A stretch of DNA of 64,000 bases, from assembly GCA_964585785.1 (NCBI GenBank), contig CAZPFL010000001.1, positions 70,097 to 134,096 of the forward strand. Direction: 5' to 3'. Position 1 is the first letter of the stretch, and each line of letters starts with the position of its first letter. Origin of the DNA: an uncultured Rhodospirillaceae bacterium (GTDB taxonomy: Bacteria; Pseudomonadota; Alphaproteobacteria; UBA8366). Of this stretch, positions 55,367 to 64,000 are shown piece after piece. The notes under the pieces are model-generated. The model made no database searches. It was not told the origin of the DNA and saw only the letters and a list, made by a program, of their open reading frames with translations. The translations under genes were made by a program, and so were the position numbers.

Positions 55367-56257
55367 TCAGCGGGTTTTCGGGATTGTCGTGCCGGCCCAT
55401 TTGGCGACCCAGGCGGCGATCTGGGTGATGTCCTGCGCGCCGCCGCCCATCGCCTTCACGATGCGGATGAGCTGGCGGACCGACTGGCAGACCGGCATCG
55501 GCACGCCAAGCGCCTCGCCTTCCGAAAGCGCGAGGTCCACGTCCTTGATCATGATGTCGAGCGCCGCGCCGAAGTCGAAGGCGCCGGTGAGCACATGCTC
55601 CGGGATCTTCTGCAGGGTCGCGCTGTTGCGGCCGCTGCCGATGTTGATCGCCTGCAGCATCGTCTCGGGGTCGAGACCGGCCTTGATGCCCATGACCAGC
55701 GCCTCCGACGTCGCGGCCAGCGCGGTCGCCGACAGGATGTTGTTGGCGAGCTTGAGACTCTGCGCCATGCCGGGCTTTTCGCCGACATAGGTGACCTTGC
55801 CCAGCACCGCGAGCGCCGGCTCGAGCTTAGCAAAGGCGTCCTTCGGGCCCGACGCCATGATCGACAGCGTGCCCGCGGCCGCGCCCGACGGGCCGCCGCT
55901 GATCGGGCAGTCGATGGTGACAATGTTCGCTGCCGCCAGCTCCTTCTCCATGTCTGCGACGAAGCGGGTGCCGACGGTGCCCATGTTGACGAAGATGCGC
56001 ACCGCCTTGCCGCCGCGGACGCCATCGTCGCCCAACGCCACCGCGCGGTAGGCGGCGAGCGACGGGAGCGAGGCGCAGACGAGCTCTGTTTCGTCGGCGA
56101 CCGCGCGGGCCGAGCCGACGATGCGGGCCTGGCGCTCGGCCAGCGGGCGCACGGCCGCGTCGCGCGTGTCATGCACGACCAGCTGGTGCCCCGCCTCCAG
56201 CAGGCGGTCGCACATCGGCCGCCCCATGTTGCCGACTCCGATGAAGCCGATTTTCAT
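55367..56257 (-). CDS. NAD(P)-dependent beta-hydroxyacid dehydrogenase (3-hydroxyisobutyrate dehydrogenase family)
   Basis: 296 aa, with MKIGFIGVGNMGRPM, DCPISGG and LKLANN. Confidence 0.85.
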   Translation of the reverse strand: MKIGFIGVGNMGRPMCDRLLEAGHQLVVHDTRDAAVRPLAERQARIVGSARAVADETELVCASLPSLAAYRAVALGDDGVRGGKAVRIFVNMGTVGTRFVADMEKELAAANIVTIDCPISGGPSGAAAGTLSIMASGPKDAFAKLEPALAVLGKVTYVGEKPGMAQSLKLANNILSATALAATSEALVMGIKAGLDPETMLQAINIGSGRNSATLQKIPEHVLTGAFDFGAALDIMIKDVDLALSEGEALGVPMPVCQSVRQLIRIVKAMGGGAQDITQIAAWVAKWAGTTIPKTR

Positions 56258-56333
56258 ATCCGTATTCCTCTCTCAAGCTGCGGCGTTGGCCAAGGATAGG
56301 CGGAGGGTACGCATCACGCCAAACGCCGCCCGA

Positions 56334-57548
56334 TTACAGCCCGCGCTCGCGGAATCCGAAGGCCAGCACCACGACGCCGATGGCGACCAGGCCGGCGCAG
56401 AGATACCAGCCGCTGTCGAACAACCCCGTCACGTCCACGACCCAGCCGAACAGCGGCGGCCCCGCGATGCTGCCGACATAGGTGCCGACCAGCGTGTAGC
56501 CGGTGGCCGAGCCGGCAAGACGCGGCGCGACCGCCTCGACCGCCATGGTCTGCATCAGCGGCGCGTAAGACGCGATGGTGATGCCGAGCAGCCCTGAAAG
56601 CGCAACGGCCATGATCATGCCGGCGCGCGGCTCGATCGCCGCCATGCTGGCCAGCAGGACGGTGGCGCTCGCGCCAATCGCGACCGTCAGCGCCTTGCGC
56701 CGGCCCTTGAACAGGAAGTCGCTGATCGTGCCCCAGCCGAGCCGTCCGATGACGCTCGCCGTCTGGGCGATGCCGTAGCAGAGGCCGGCGAACTCCTGGC
56801 TCACCTGCGCCGCTTCGCGCACGAACAGCGTGAGATAGGAGAAGAAGTTCTGCTGGCCGACATTGTGCAGCATGTTCGACAGCACGAAGCGCCCGAAGTT
56901 GAAGTCCTTCGCCACTTCGCCGAGCGTGCCGAAGCGGCTGCTGCTCGCGGTCGCCGGGCGGGGGCGCGGCTTCTCGACGAACAGCAGGCAGACCATGCCG
57001 CCGAGCACGGTGACCGCCGCGACGGTGAAAGTGATCCAATGCCACGCGCCAGGCCGGGCGAAGGCGCCGAGCGAGGCCGAGATCACGCCGCCCAACGGGA
57101 CCCCGGTCTGCTTGATCCCCATCGCGGTGCCGCGGCGCGCCGGCGGAAATGACTCGAACACGCCCTTGGCCGTCGCCGGGTTGACGATGGAATAGCCCCA
57201 CCCGGTCACGACCATGGCGGCGAAGCCGAGCCAGAGGCCGGTCGCCTGGGTCAGCATGACGGCGCCAATAACGAGAAACGCATGGGCGAGAACCAGCGCC
57301 CAGCCGACGCCGACGCGGTCCGCGAGATGGCCGGCCGGTAGCGAGCCGGTGATCTGTCCGATGCTGTAGGCGGTCACCAGCAGGCCGAACTGCGCGAAGC
57401 TGAGCGACAGATCGGCCTTGATCACCGGCGCCATTACCACGAGCGTGGTGATGTGCAGCGTGCCGACAACATGCGCCAGCGTCAGGATGGGAAGCCACAT
57501 CCGCCACGGGTTCGCCGTTGGAGTCAGCGGCTCGTCGGTCTCGCTCAC
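56334..57548 (-). CDS. MFS transporter
   Basis: About 404 aa and about 12 hydrophobic segments. It has the loop motif LADRVG. The start is probably the GTG at 57548. Confidence 0.8.
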   Translation of the reverse strand: MSETDEPLTPTANPWRMWLPILTLAHVVGTLHITTLVVMAPVIKADLSLSFAQFGLLVTAYSIGQITGSLPAGHLADRVGVGWALVLAHAFLVIGAVMLTQATGLWLGFAAMVVTGWGYSIVNPATAKGVFESFPPARRGTAMGIKQTGVPLGGVISASLGAFARPGAWHWITFTVAAVTVLGGMVCLLFVEKPRPRPATASSSRFGTLGEVAKDFNFGRFVLSNMLHNVGQQNFFSYLTLFVREAAQVSQEFAGLCYGIAQTASVIGRLGWGTISDFLFKGRRKALTVAIGASATVLLASMAAIEPRAGMIMAVALSGLLGITIASYAPLMQTMAVEAVAPRLAGSATGYTLVGTYVGSIAGPPLFGWVVDVTGLFDSGWYLCAGLVAIGVVVLAFGFRERGL

Positions 57549-57566
57549 GGTGGTTCTTCGATGCGC

Positions 57567-58406
57567 TTAGTGCGGTTTGTCGCCCGCCAGGATGATGCGA
57601 TAGAGCAGGCGGAGCTCTTGGAAATCGTAGTCGGCGGTGGCTTTGTGGATGCAGCACCGGTTGTCCCAGATCACCATGTCGCCGGGACGCCAGTGATGCG
57701 TATAGGTGAATTCCGGCCTAGTCGAATGCGTGACCAGGCGATCGATGAGGTCGGCGGAGCTTTCGGGCGTCATGCCGCGGAACCGGCGCACCCGCAACGG
57801 ATTGAGATAGATTGCCCGGCGGCCGTTCTCGGGATGGGTGCGGATCAGCGGATGCACGACGCCGTCTGATACATCATCGTCGCCGGCGGCAATGCGCTCG
57901 GCGAGGCTCGGTGGCATGCGGCTTTCCGTGTAGGCGTGCACGGCTTCGAGGTCGTCGACCTCGGCGCGCAGCGTTTCGGGCAGCGCGTCGTAGGCGGCAC
58001 CCATATGCGCCCAGCGCGTGTCGCCGCCCTTGCTCGGCAGCGCGACCGCGAACAGGACTGTCGCCTTCGGCGGCTCCGGCTGGAAGGAATGGTCGGTGTG
58101 CCAGCTCACGCCGCGCACGTTGATCTTGCCGTCCTTGGTCTTTTCCTGGTTCGAGATGGTCGCCACGTCCGGGCAGTCCGGCAGGTTGAATCGCTCCAGA
58201 TGCTGGCGGACGGGTTCGCCGAACAGCCGGGCGGCGGCGAGGAATTGCGGCGCGTCGAGCGTCTGGTCGCGGATAACCAGCAGGGCGCGATCGACGAAGG
58301 CGCGCCGCAGCCGGTCCGCGGTCTCGGCGTCGAGGTGGCGGGAAAGGTCGGCGCCGGTAATCTCCGCGCCGAGCGGGTCGGAGAGATTTCGGATCGAGAC
58401 CGCCAT
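57567..58406 (-). CDS. TauD/TfdA-family Fe(II)/2-oxoglutarate dioxygenase, copy 1
   Basis: 279 aa. It has WHTDHSF (H.D facial triad), a distal HHW region, and the C-terminal WDNRCCIHKA. Confidence 0.85.
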   Translation of the reverse strand: MAVSIRNLSDPLGAEITGADLSRHLDAETADRLRRAFVDRALLVIRDQTLDAPQFLAAARLFGEPVRQHLERFNLPDCPDVATISNQEKTKDGKINVRGVSWHTDHSFQPEPPKATVLFAVALPSKGGDTRWAHMGAAYDALPETLRAEVDDLEAVHAYTESRMPPSLAERIAAGDDDVSDGVVHPLIRTHPENGRRAIYLNPLRVRRFRGMTPESSADLIDRLVTHSTRPEFTYTHHWRPGDMVIWDNRCCIHKATADYDFQELRLLYRIILAGDKPH

Positions 58407-58431
58407 TCCCTTTCCCCTCGGCGGCCGTCGG

Positions 58432-60024
58432 TCAGGAGGTCACGACGCGGAAGGCGGCGTCGCCGTCGGCTTCGATCTGTGCCGGGAGCTGCTCTTCCCA
58501 GCTCAGATATTCGCGCATCGAGACTTCGTTGCCCTGGTGCCGGTCGTGCACGAAGAACAGGTAGTCGATGCGCTCGGAATCGGGCGGCACGCCGGGCGAA
58601 GCCTCGGTCGGCAGGCCCGCCTTGGTCCAGGCCTCGCGCCCGCCCTTGAGGATGGCGACCGGCGCGTCGGTCAGCGCCTGCAGGTCCGGAACCGCGAGCC
58701 GGGCGCGCATCTCGTGCTCGGAATAGAGCACGATGCGCTTGCCCTTCGGCAGCTTTGGCGCCAGCCGGCCGAGTCGCGGCCGAATGCCCCAAAGCGCGCC
58801 CGGCAGATGCGCCTTGCTGTAATCGCCGGAGAGGTCCACGTCGACGGCGACGGCCGTGCCGTCCTTCAACGCCTTGGCCAGATCCTGCGGCGTGATCTCC
58901 TCGGCGGCGATCTTGTCGACCCCGAGCACACGCCGTGCCGGCATTCCTGTCTCGGTGCCGGCCGCGCCGATGCCGCCTTCCAGGACATGCACGTCCCAGC
59001 CCATCTGCACCAGCCAGTGCGCCGCGGTGATGGCGCGCACTTCCGTGTCGTCGGTCAGCACGACGCGGGCGCCCCGCGTGCCGACCCAGCTATCCGTGCG
59101 CTGAACGAGCTGGCCGCCCGGCGCATGCGCCGCGCCCGGCAAATGGCCGGCCTCGTACTCCTCCTTGCTGCGCACGTCGAGGACGTAGAGCGTGCGGGTC
59201 GTGTCGCCGCGCCACTTGTCCACGGTCGCGCGGTCCACTTTGCGCACGCCGAATTTTTTCGCCATCGCGTCGGCGCGCGCCTTCGCTTCCTTGAGGCCCG
59301 CCGCGGAGACGTCCGGGTATTTCCGTGCCGCGCCGTGGTCCAGCTCGAAGCCGGCGAGCCGCCAGCCCATCGTGCCGGCGCGCAGCGCGACAACCTTGTT
59401 GGGGATGCCGGCGTTGCGCAGCGTCTGCGCGCCGATAATGCTGCGTGTCCGGCCGGCGCAGTTGACGACGACGGTGGTCTTCGGCGACGGCGCGATGTCG
59501 TGGATGCGGTAAACCAGCTCGGCGTTCGGCACGCTGATGCCGTTCGGGATGCTCATCCGTTTGTATTCTTCCGGCGTGCGCCCGTCGACGACGACCAGAT
59601 CCTCGCCCTTGTCGAACATCGCGTGCAGCTCGGCTGCCGTGATCGACGGCGTGTGCGCCGCATGCTCGACCACTTCGCCGAAGGCCTTCGACGGCACGTT
59701 CTCGCCCTTGAAGATCACATAGCCGGCCTTCTTCCAGGCATCGACGCCGCCGTCGAGGACCGCGACGTCGGTGAAGCCGACCGCCGCCATGCGCTCCGCG
59801 GCGCGCTCCGCCACGCCATCGCCGCCGTCGACCAGCACGGTCCGCACCGTTCGCCGCGGCAGCAGTGTGTCCAGGCGCGATTCGAGCACGCTGTAGGGCA
59901 CCGGCACCGTCAGCAGAAGATGGCCTTCGCCGAACTGGCCGTCCTCGCGGACGTCGAGGAGGGCCAGCTCCTTGCCGTCCTTGATCATCGTTTTCAGCGT
60001 CGCGGCGTCGATGCGTCTCGTCAT
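58432..60024 (-). CDS. Multi-rhodanese-domain sulfurtransferase-like protein
   Basis: 530 aa, with about four rhodanese-like modules (recurrent L.DVR...E...GH.PGA patterns). The single Cys of the whole protein sits in the active-site-like loop VNCAGRTRS. Confidence 0.8.
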   Translation of the reverse strand: MTRRIDAATLKTMIKDGKELALLDVREDGQFGEGHLLLTVPVPYSVLESRLDTLLPRRTVRTVLVDGGDGVAERAAERMAAVGFTDVAVLDGGVDAWKKAGYVIFKGENVPSKAFGEVVEHAAHTPSITAAELHAMFDKGEDLVVVDGRTPEEYKRMSIPNGISVPNAELVYRIHDIAPSPKTTVVVNCAGRTRSIIGAQTLRNAGIPNKVVALRAGTMGWRLAGFELDHGAARKYPDVSAAGLKEAKARADAMAKKFGVRKVDRATVDKWRGDTTRTLYVLDVRSKEEYEAGHLPGAAHAPGGQLVQRTDSWVGTRGARVVLTDDTEVRAITAAHWLVQMGWDVHVLEGGIGAAGTETGMPARRVLGVDKIAAEEITPQDLAKALKDGTAVAVDVDLSGDYSKAHLPGALWGIRPRLGRLAPKLPKGKRIVLYSEHEMRARLAVPDLQALTDAPVAILKGGREAWTKAGLPTEASPGVPPDSERIDYLFFVHDRHQGNEVSMREYLSWEEQLPAQIEADGDAAFRVVTS

Positions 60025-60052
60025 AGTCTTGCGTTCTCCAGATTCGTTCGAG

Positions 60053-60898
60053 TCAGACCGGGCGGGTGCCCTTGAGCAGGATGCGTTGGTGCAGGCGCGT
60101 CTGGCCGACCGGGAAATCCATGTTGACCGCGTGCATCAGGCAGCGGTTGTCCCACAGCAGGATATCGCCGACGCGCCATTTGTGGTGGTACTGGTATTTC
60201 GGCTGGGTCACGTGTTCGTAGATCATGTCGAGCAGGGCGTCGCTCTCTTCCCGTCCCATGCCGACGATCTGATCCGTCCGGTTGGAGTTGAAATAGATCG
60301 TCTTCTCCCCCGTGTCCTCATGGGTGCGGACCAGCGGGTGGTCGACGTCCGGAGTCTCGTCTGCTTCCTCCTGCGTCAGCTTGATCGCGCGGGCGGGCGC
60401 GCGCTTGGTGTCGTAGCCGTGCACCGCGCGCAGGCCTTCGAGGCGCCGCCGCTGCGCTTCCGGCAGGTCGAGATAGGCCTTCCGCATGTTGCAGAACTTC
60501 GTCTCGCCGCCGCTTTCCGGGATCTGGATCGACTGCAGCATGGTCGCCTTGGCGGGCACGGCGAAGTAGGAATCGTCGGTGTGCCAACCCGAAAGGCGCA
60601 CCAGGCGCATGTCGTCCGGTTTGTCCTCCGGGCGCTTGTAGGTGCTTTCGAGGATGCTGACCTCCGGCGTCTCGCCGTGCCGCCGCTTGCGCAGAAGCTG
60701 CAGCTGCGGGCTGCCGAAATAGCCGGCCACCCGGGCGAACTCGCTCGGCTCGAGCGGGGCGCTGCGGAAACAGAGAAGATGGTGCTTGAGGAAGGCCTCC
60801 CGGATCGCCGAGATCGTGTCATCGTCCTGGGGTTCGGTCAGGTCGAGGCCCGTGATTTCCGCGCCGAGGGCATCGCTGAGCGGTCTGATTTGCAGCAT
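60053..60898 (-). CDS. TauD/TfdA-family Fe(II)/2-oxoglutarate dioxygenase, copy 2
   Basis: The ORF was trimmed to the ATG at 60898, where AGGAGG lies 8 nt upstream. It starts MLQIRPLSDALGAEITG and has WHTDDSY and WDNRCLMHAV. Confidence 0.8.
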   Translation of the reverse strand: MLQIRPLSDALGAEITGLDLTEPQDDDTISAIREAFLKHHLLCFRSAPLEPSEFARVAGYFGSPQLQLLRKRRHGETPEVSILESTYKRPEDKPDDMRLVRLSGWHTDDSYFAVPAKATMLQSIQIPESGGETKFCNMRKAYLDLPEAQRRRLEGLRAVHGYDTKRAPARAIKLTQEEADETPDVDHPLVRTHEDTGEKTIYFNSNRTDQIVGMGREESDALLDMIYEHVTQPKYQYHHKWRVGDILLWDNRCLMHAVNMDFPVGQTRLHQRILLKGTRPV

Positions 60899-61058
60899 CG
60901 GGACTGCCTCCTGCGAATGGCCGAGGGAAAGAAGCGTCGCCAAGGACGGAAAACGGGCTTGCCATCGACGGCAAGCGGGCGAACAGGGCCGTTTCCTCGT
61001 TCTTGAGCGTTTATCGCGAGACTATAAAGCGGCGGCGGCCCCGGGCGCAAACCGCCGC

Positions 61059-61850
61059 TCAATGATTCAACGCGGCGACGCCCTTCCAGATCAGCGCCAC
61101 CGAGGCGACCAGCAGCAGGAGGCGGAAGGCGCCGAAATAGCGCTGCGCCGAGAGCTTCATGGCGAACCGCCGGCCGGCCCAGCCGCCCGCATAGACCGCC
61201 GGCATCACCAGGGCGGATTCGATCACGAGCTTGAGCGTGATCAGCCCGGCGACGAGCGTCACGACGGCGCGCCACAGCACCATGAAGCCGGAGAGCACGA
61301 TATTCGTGGCGCGGAACGCGCGCGGGTGTGGCGTCGTCCAGCGCAGATAGAAAGACAGGAAATAGTTCGATCCGGCGCCGGCGATCCCGGCGACCAGCCC
61401 GGCGATCGCGGCGAGCCCGAAGGCGACGGACAGCCGGTCGAGCCGCATGTGCCGGGCCGCGCGCTCCGCCAGCCCCGCCACGTCGATCAGCACCGCCACG
61501 GAAAGGCAGCCGCCCAGCACGATGGTCAGCCACGCCGCCTTGAGGACGGCGAAGATCCAGACGCCGACCACCACGGATATGACCGTGCCGGCCATCATCG
61601 GTTTCGTGATGCGCCAGTTCGCCTCCTTCATCCCCTGTGGCAAGAGCTGCACCTGGGCGAAGACCGAGGTCAGCAGCGCGATCAGCACGGCGTCATGCGG
61701 CGGCAGCATCCAGGCGCTGCCCAGGACGGCGGGCATGGCGGAGCCGAAGCCGAGGATTCCACGAATGAAAAACGACAGGAAATAGATGATGAAGAGGCCC
61801 GTGACGGCCAGGCCCGAGATGTTGGTAAAGGGAACGATCGTATCGGGCAT
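61059..61850 (-). CDS. TauE/SafE (TSUP) family sulfite/anion exporter
   Basis: 263 aa and polytopic. It contains the G-rich blocks GFGSAMP and IAGAGSNYF, typical of the TSUP family. Confidence 0.75.
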   Translation of the reverse strand: MPDTIVPFTNISGLAVTGLFIIYFLSFFIRGILGFGSAMPAVLGSAWMLPPHDAVLIALLTSVFAQVQLLPQGMKEANWRITKPMMAGTVISVVVGVWIFAVLKAAWLTIVLGGCLSVAVLIDVAGLAERAARHMRLDRLSVAFGLAAIAGLVAGIAGAGSNYFLSFYLRWTTPHPRAFRATNIVLSGFMVLWRAVVTLVAGLITLKLVIESALVMPAVYAGGWAGRRFAMKLSAQRYFGAFRLLLLVASVALIWKGVAALNH

Positions 61851-62089
61851 ACGCGGCGAGATTGTTTGGCAGGGCAGGCGGGCAGGCGGACTTCATGAGA
61901 GTACAAATTCATTATAATCCGGAAATCCACTTTCGCAAAAATCCGGGGCCACGCATGCATTTGCGGCGGCTGGCCAGTCACCGTCCGCCCGGCTATAAGG
62001 GGACCAGCTTTCATCGCCCCAGGGTGCAGCCGGCCGTCATGGCCGAGACCAAATAGGCCCCCCGGGCCAATGCCGGAAGGAACAAGCGC

Positions 62090-62485
62090 ATGTCCAACAA
62101 GATCTATCATATCGCCGTGAAAGTGCCCGATATCGACAAGGCCAAGGCCTTCTACAAGAACTTGTTCGGGTTCGAGGAGCTGAAGCAGTCGAAGGTGCGC
62201 GACCACACTTCCTGCCATCTGACAGACGGCGTCATCGATCTCGCGATCATCCAGTATGAGAGCGAGGACTCGCCCGAGGCCGGGCTGTCCGGCGACGGCC
62301 CCTGCATCCATCACTTCGGCGTGGAGGTCGAGGATCTCGAGACCTCGCACGGTCAGCTGAAGGAGATGGGCTGCGAGATATTGTCGAAGCCTGGGGTTCT
62401 ACCGATCAAGTTCCGCTCACCTTTCGGCGTGGTCGCGGAGATCTCGCCGTCCGGCTACTTCGAAACCAAGCACAAGAACGGCTAG
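62090..62485 (+). CDS. VOC (glyoxalase/bleomycin-resistance/dioxygenase) family protein
   Basis: 131 aa, with IYHIAVKVPDIDKAKAFY and IHHFGVEVEDLE (paired beta-alpha-beta-beta-beta modules with metal ligands). Confidence 0.8.
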   Translation: MSNKIYHIAVKVPDIDKAKAFYKNLFGFEELKQSKVRDHTSCHLTDGVIDLAIIQYESEDSPEAGLSGDGPCIHHFGVEVEDLETSHGQLKEMGCEILSKPGVLPIKFRSPFGVVAEISPSGYFETKHKNG

Positions 62486-62539
62486 GAGCGGCGGGCACGC
62501 GCCCGTTCGTCACGGGACGGGCGCGGGCCGCCATCGGCC

Positions 62540-62920
62540 ATGCTTGAGCTTTGCCGCCTCGCGGACATCCCCGACGGCGGGGCGTGCGGCTTTGCCGTGG
62601 AGGGGCCCGGCTTCGCCCAGCGCCTCGTCGTGGTTCGCTGCGGCGACGCCGTTCACGGCTACGTCAATTCCTGTCCGCACGTGCCTTCGCGGCTCGACTT
62701 CACCCCCGGCGACTTCCTCGACGAGACCGGATGCCTGCTCCAATGTCAGGGGCACGGCGCGCTCTTCCGTTTCGAGGACGGATTCTGCATCGACGGCCCT
62801 TGTGAAGGGCAATCGCTTCATCCCGCGCCGGTACGCGTCGCGGACGGCTGCGTCTGGCTCGACCGTACGGGCGCCGCCCTCGTCGACGAGATCAGCAAGG
62901 TCCTTTCCGACCTTCAATAG
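62540..62920 (+). CDS. Rieske [2Fe-2S] domain protein
   Basis: 126 aa with the Rieske ligands CPH (NSCPHVPSRL) and C..H (LQCQGHGALF). Confidence 0.8.
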   Translation: MLELCRLADIPDGGACGFAVEGPGFAQRLVVVRCGDAVHGYVNSCPHVPSRLDFTPGDFLDETGCLLQCQGHGALFRFEDGFCIDGPCEGQSLHPAPVRVADGCVWLDRTGAALVDEISKVLSDLQ

Positions 62921-62961
62921 CCGCAAGAAACGTCACGCAAGGAAGAATTGGACGACGGGCC

Positions 62962-63870
62962 ATGGTTGAGTTGTGGATACCGATTACGATCGGCGCGGTG
63001 ATTTTTCAGACCATCCGTACCGGAATGCAGAAGCATCTCAAGGGGGCGCTGACGACGAGCGCCGTCACGTATGTGCGGTTTCTGTTCGGCTTTCCGGTCG
63101 CTGTGCTGTATCTCGTCATTTTGCTGGGGACGACCGGCCAGGCGATGCCGCGCGTCTCGGCCGCCTTCGTTTTCTACGTCTTCCTCGGCGGCGCCGGGCA
63201 GATCCTGGGCACCTTTCTGCTCGTCCACCTGTTCTCCTTCCGCAACTTCGCGGTCGGCACGACCTACACCAAGACGGAGGCGATCCAAACCGCGCTGATC
63301 GGCCTTGTCTTCTTCGGCCAAACGATGAGCTGGCCCGGCTTCCTTGCGATCGTCGTCAGCGTTACCGGGGTGATGATCATCTCGATCGTGCATGGGCACG
63401 CGACGCTGCGCGGCTTCCTCACCAGCTGGACGAACCGGATCGCGGCCTACGGCGTGCTGTCCGGCGCGGGTTTCGCGGTGGCGGCGGTCGGCGTGCGGGC
63501 GGCAAGCCTGTCGCTCCACCTGGATGGTTTTCTCGTGCCGGCTGCGGTCACGCTGGTCTGGGTCACGGGCATGCAGGTCGTGGCGATGAGCGTCTACATG
63601 CTGTGGCGCGAGCGCACGCAGATCGCGGCGATCTTTCGCATCTTCCGGTTCTCGTCCCTCGTCGGGCTCACCGGCGTGCTCGGCTCGATCTGCTGGTTCA
63701 ACGCCATGACTCTGCAGAACGCGGCCTATGTGCGGACCTTGGGACAGGTCGAGCTGATCCTGTCGCTGCTCACCTCCTACATCGTGTTCAAGGAGCGGTC
63801 GACCCGTTTTGAGATCATCGGCATGGTGATGATCGTCGTCGGCATTGTCATTCTGCTGCTCTTTCGCTGA
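62962..63870 (+). CDS. DMT-superfamily (EamA-like) transporter
   Basis: 302 aa with 10 predicted TM segments in a two-fold repeat architecture. Confidence 0.75.
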   Translation: MVELWIPITIGAVIFQTIRTGMQKHLKGALTTSAVTYVRFLFGFPVAVLYLVILLGTTGQAMPRVSAAFVFYVFLGGAGQILGTFLLVHLFSFRNFAVGTTYTKTEAIQTALIGLVFFGQTMSWPGFLAIVVSVTGVMIISIVHGHATLRGFLTSWTNRIAAYGVLSGAGFAVAAVGVRAASLSLHLDGFLVPAAVTLVWVTGMQVVAMSVYMLWRERTQIAAIFRIFRFSSLVGLTGVLGSICWFNAMTLQNAAYVRTLGQVELILSLLTSYIVFKERSTRFEIIGMVMIVVGIVILLLFR

Positions 63871-64000
63871 GCCGCGGCGGGTCACGGTAGAGCTCGGGCC
63901 AGATAACGGCGACGATGGCGAGCAGCACGAGGCCTTCGCCTGTCATCACGATGATCGCCCCGTTGGCGCCGAGCCAGGCGGCGAGCAGGCCGAGATTGAG
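63848..64000 (-). CDS. C-terminal fragment of a hydrophobic membrane protein (gene continues past the window end)
   Basis: It is not in the ORF track. The reverse complement from 64000 reads LNLGLLAAWLGANGAIIVMTGEGLVLLAIVAVIWPELYRDPPRLSERAAE*, with strong GC3 bias. Its 3' end overlaps the EamA gene end. Confidence 0.3.
   Translation of the reverse strand, partial: LNLGLLAAWLGANGAIIVMTGEGLVLLAIVAVIWPELYRDPPRLSERAAE

Noticed and set aside
1-64000. CRISPR arrays, rRNA genes, toxin-antitoxin pairs and recognisable defence systems.
   Set aside because: I did not recognise any short direct-repeat/spacer periodicity, rRNA-like conserved blocks or defence-gene signatures (nucleases, ATPases, methyltransferases) on either strand.

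Overview
This is a high-GC bacterial chromosomal window of about 60 genes with no rRNA, CRISPR array, IS element or integrase. Gene content and order suggest an alphaproteobacterium: cobA-DUF2849-cysI-DUF934, hsp20-DUF1150, lptCAB-rpoN-hpf-ptsN, a short RNase D and an NDUFA9-like gene. This is inference only. Most of it is housekeeping: a cobalamin riboswitch and TonB-receptor start (missing from the ORF track), a sulfite-reductase operon, gltDB, tRNA-Leu(CAG), LPS-core glycosyltransferases, and thrS-infC / rpmI-rplT-pheST. The most interesting region is 4.3-20.8 kb. It holds a complete, translationally coupled coenzyme F420 biosynthesis operon (fno-cofE-cofD-cofC-fbiC) with an LpxR-like outer-membrane gene 5 nt downstream. 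This operon converges on four tandem paralogous luciferase-like (LLM) oxidoreductase genes, which are divergent from a two-component system. The operon is also bordered by three predicted hydrolases. I read this as a candidate F420-dependent multi-paralog redox system with an unknown substrate. The second candidate is a six-gene minus-strand operon at 55.4-61.9 kb: TauE/TSUP, TauD-like, a multi-rhodanese protein with a single Cys, a second TauD-like, MFS and a beta-hydroxyacid dehydrogenase. It suggests uncharacterised organosulfur catabolism. Other points are a roughly 1.2 kb low-GC islet with a sulfotransferase-like orphan gene, a candidate sRNA downstream of gltB, an ATA-initiated infC, and a possible RHH/J-domain fusion with a palindromic operator. 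Many long ORFs in the track are antisense shadow ORFs or over-extended N-termini. All family calls rest on motif recognition by eye, and no searches were run.
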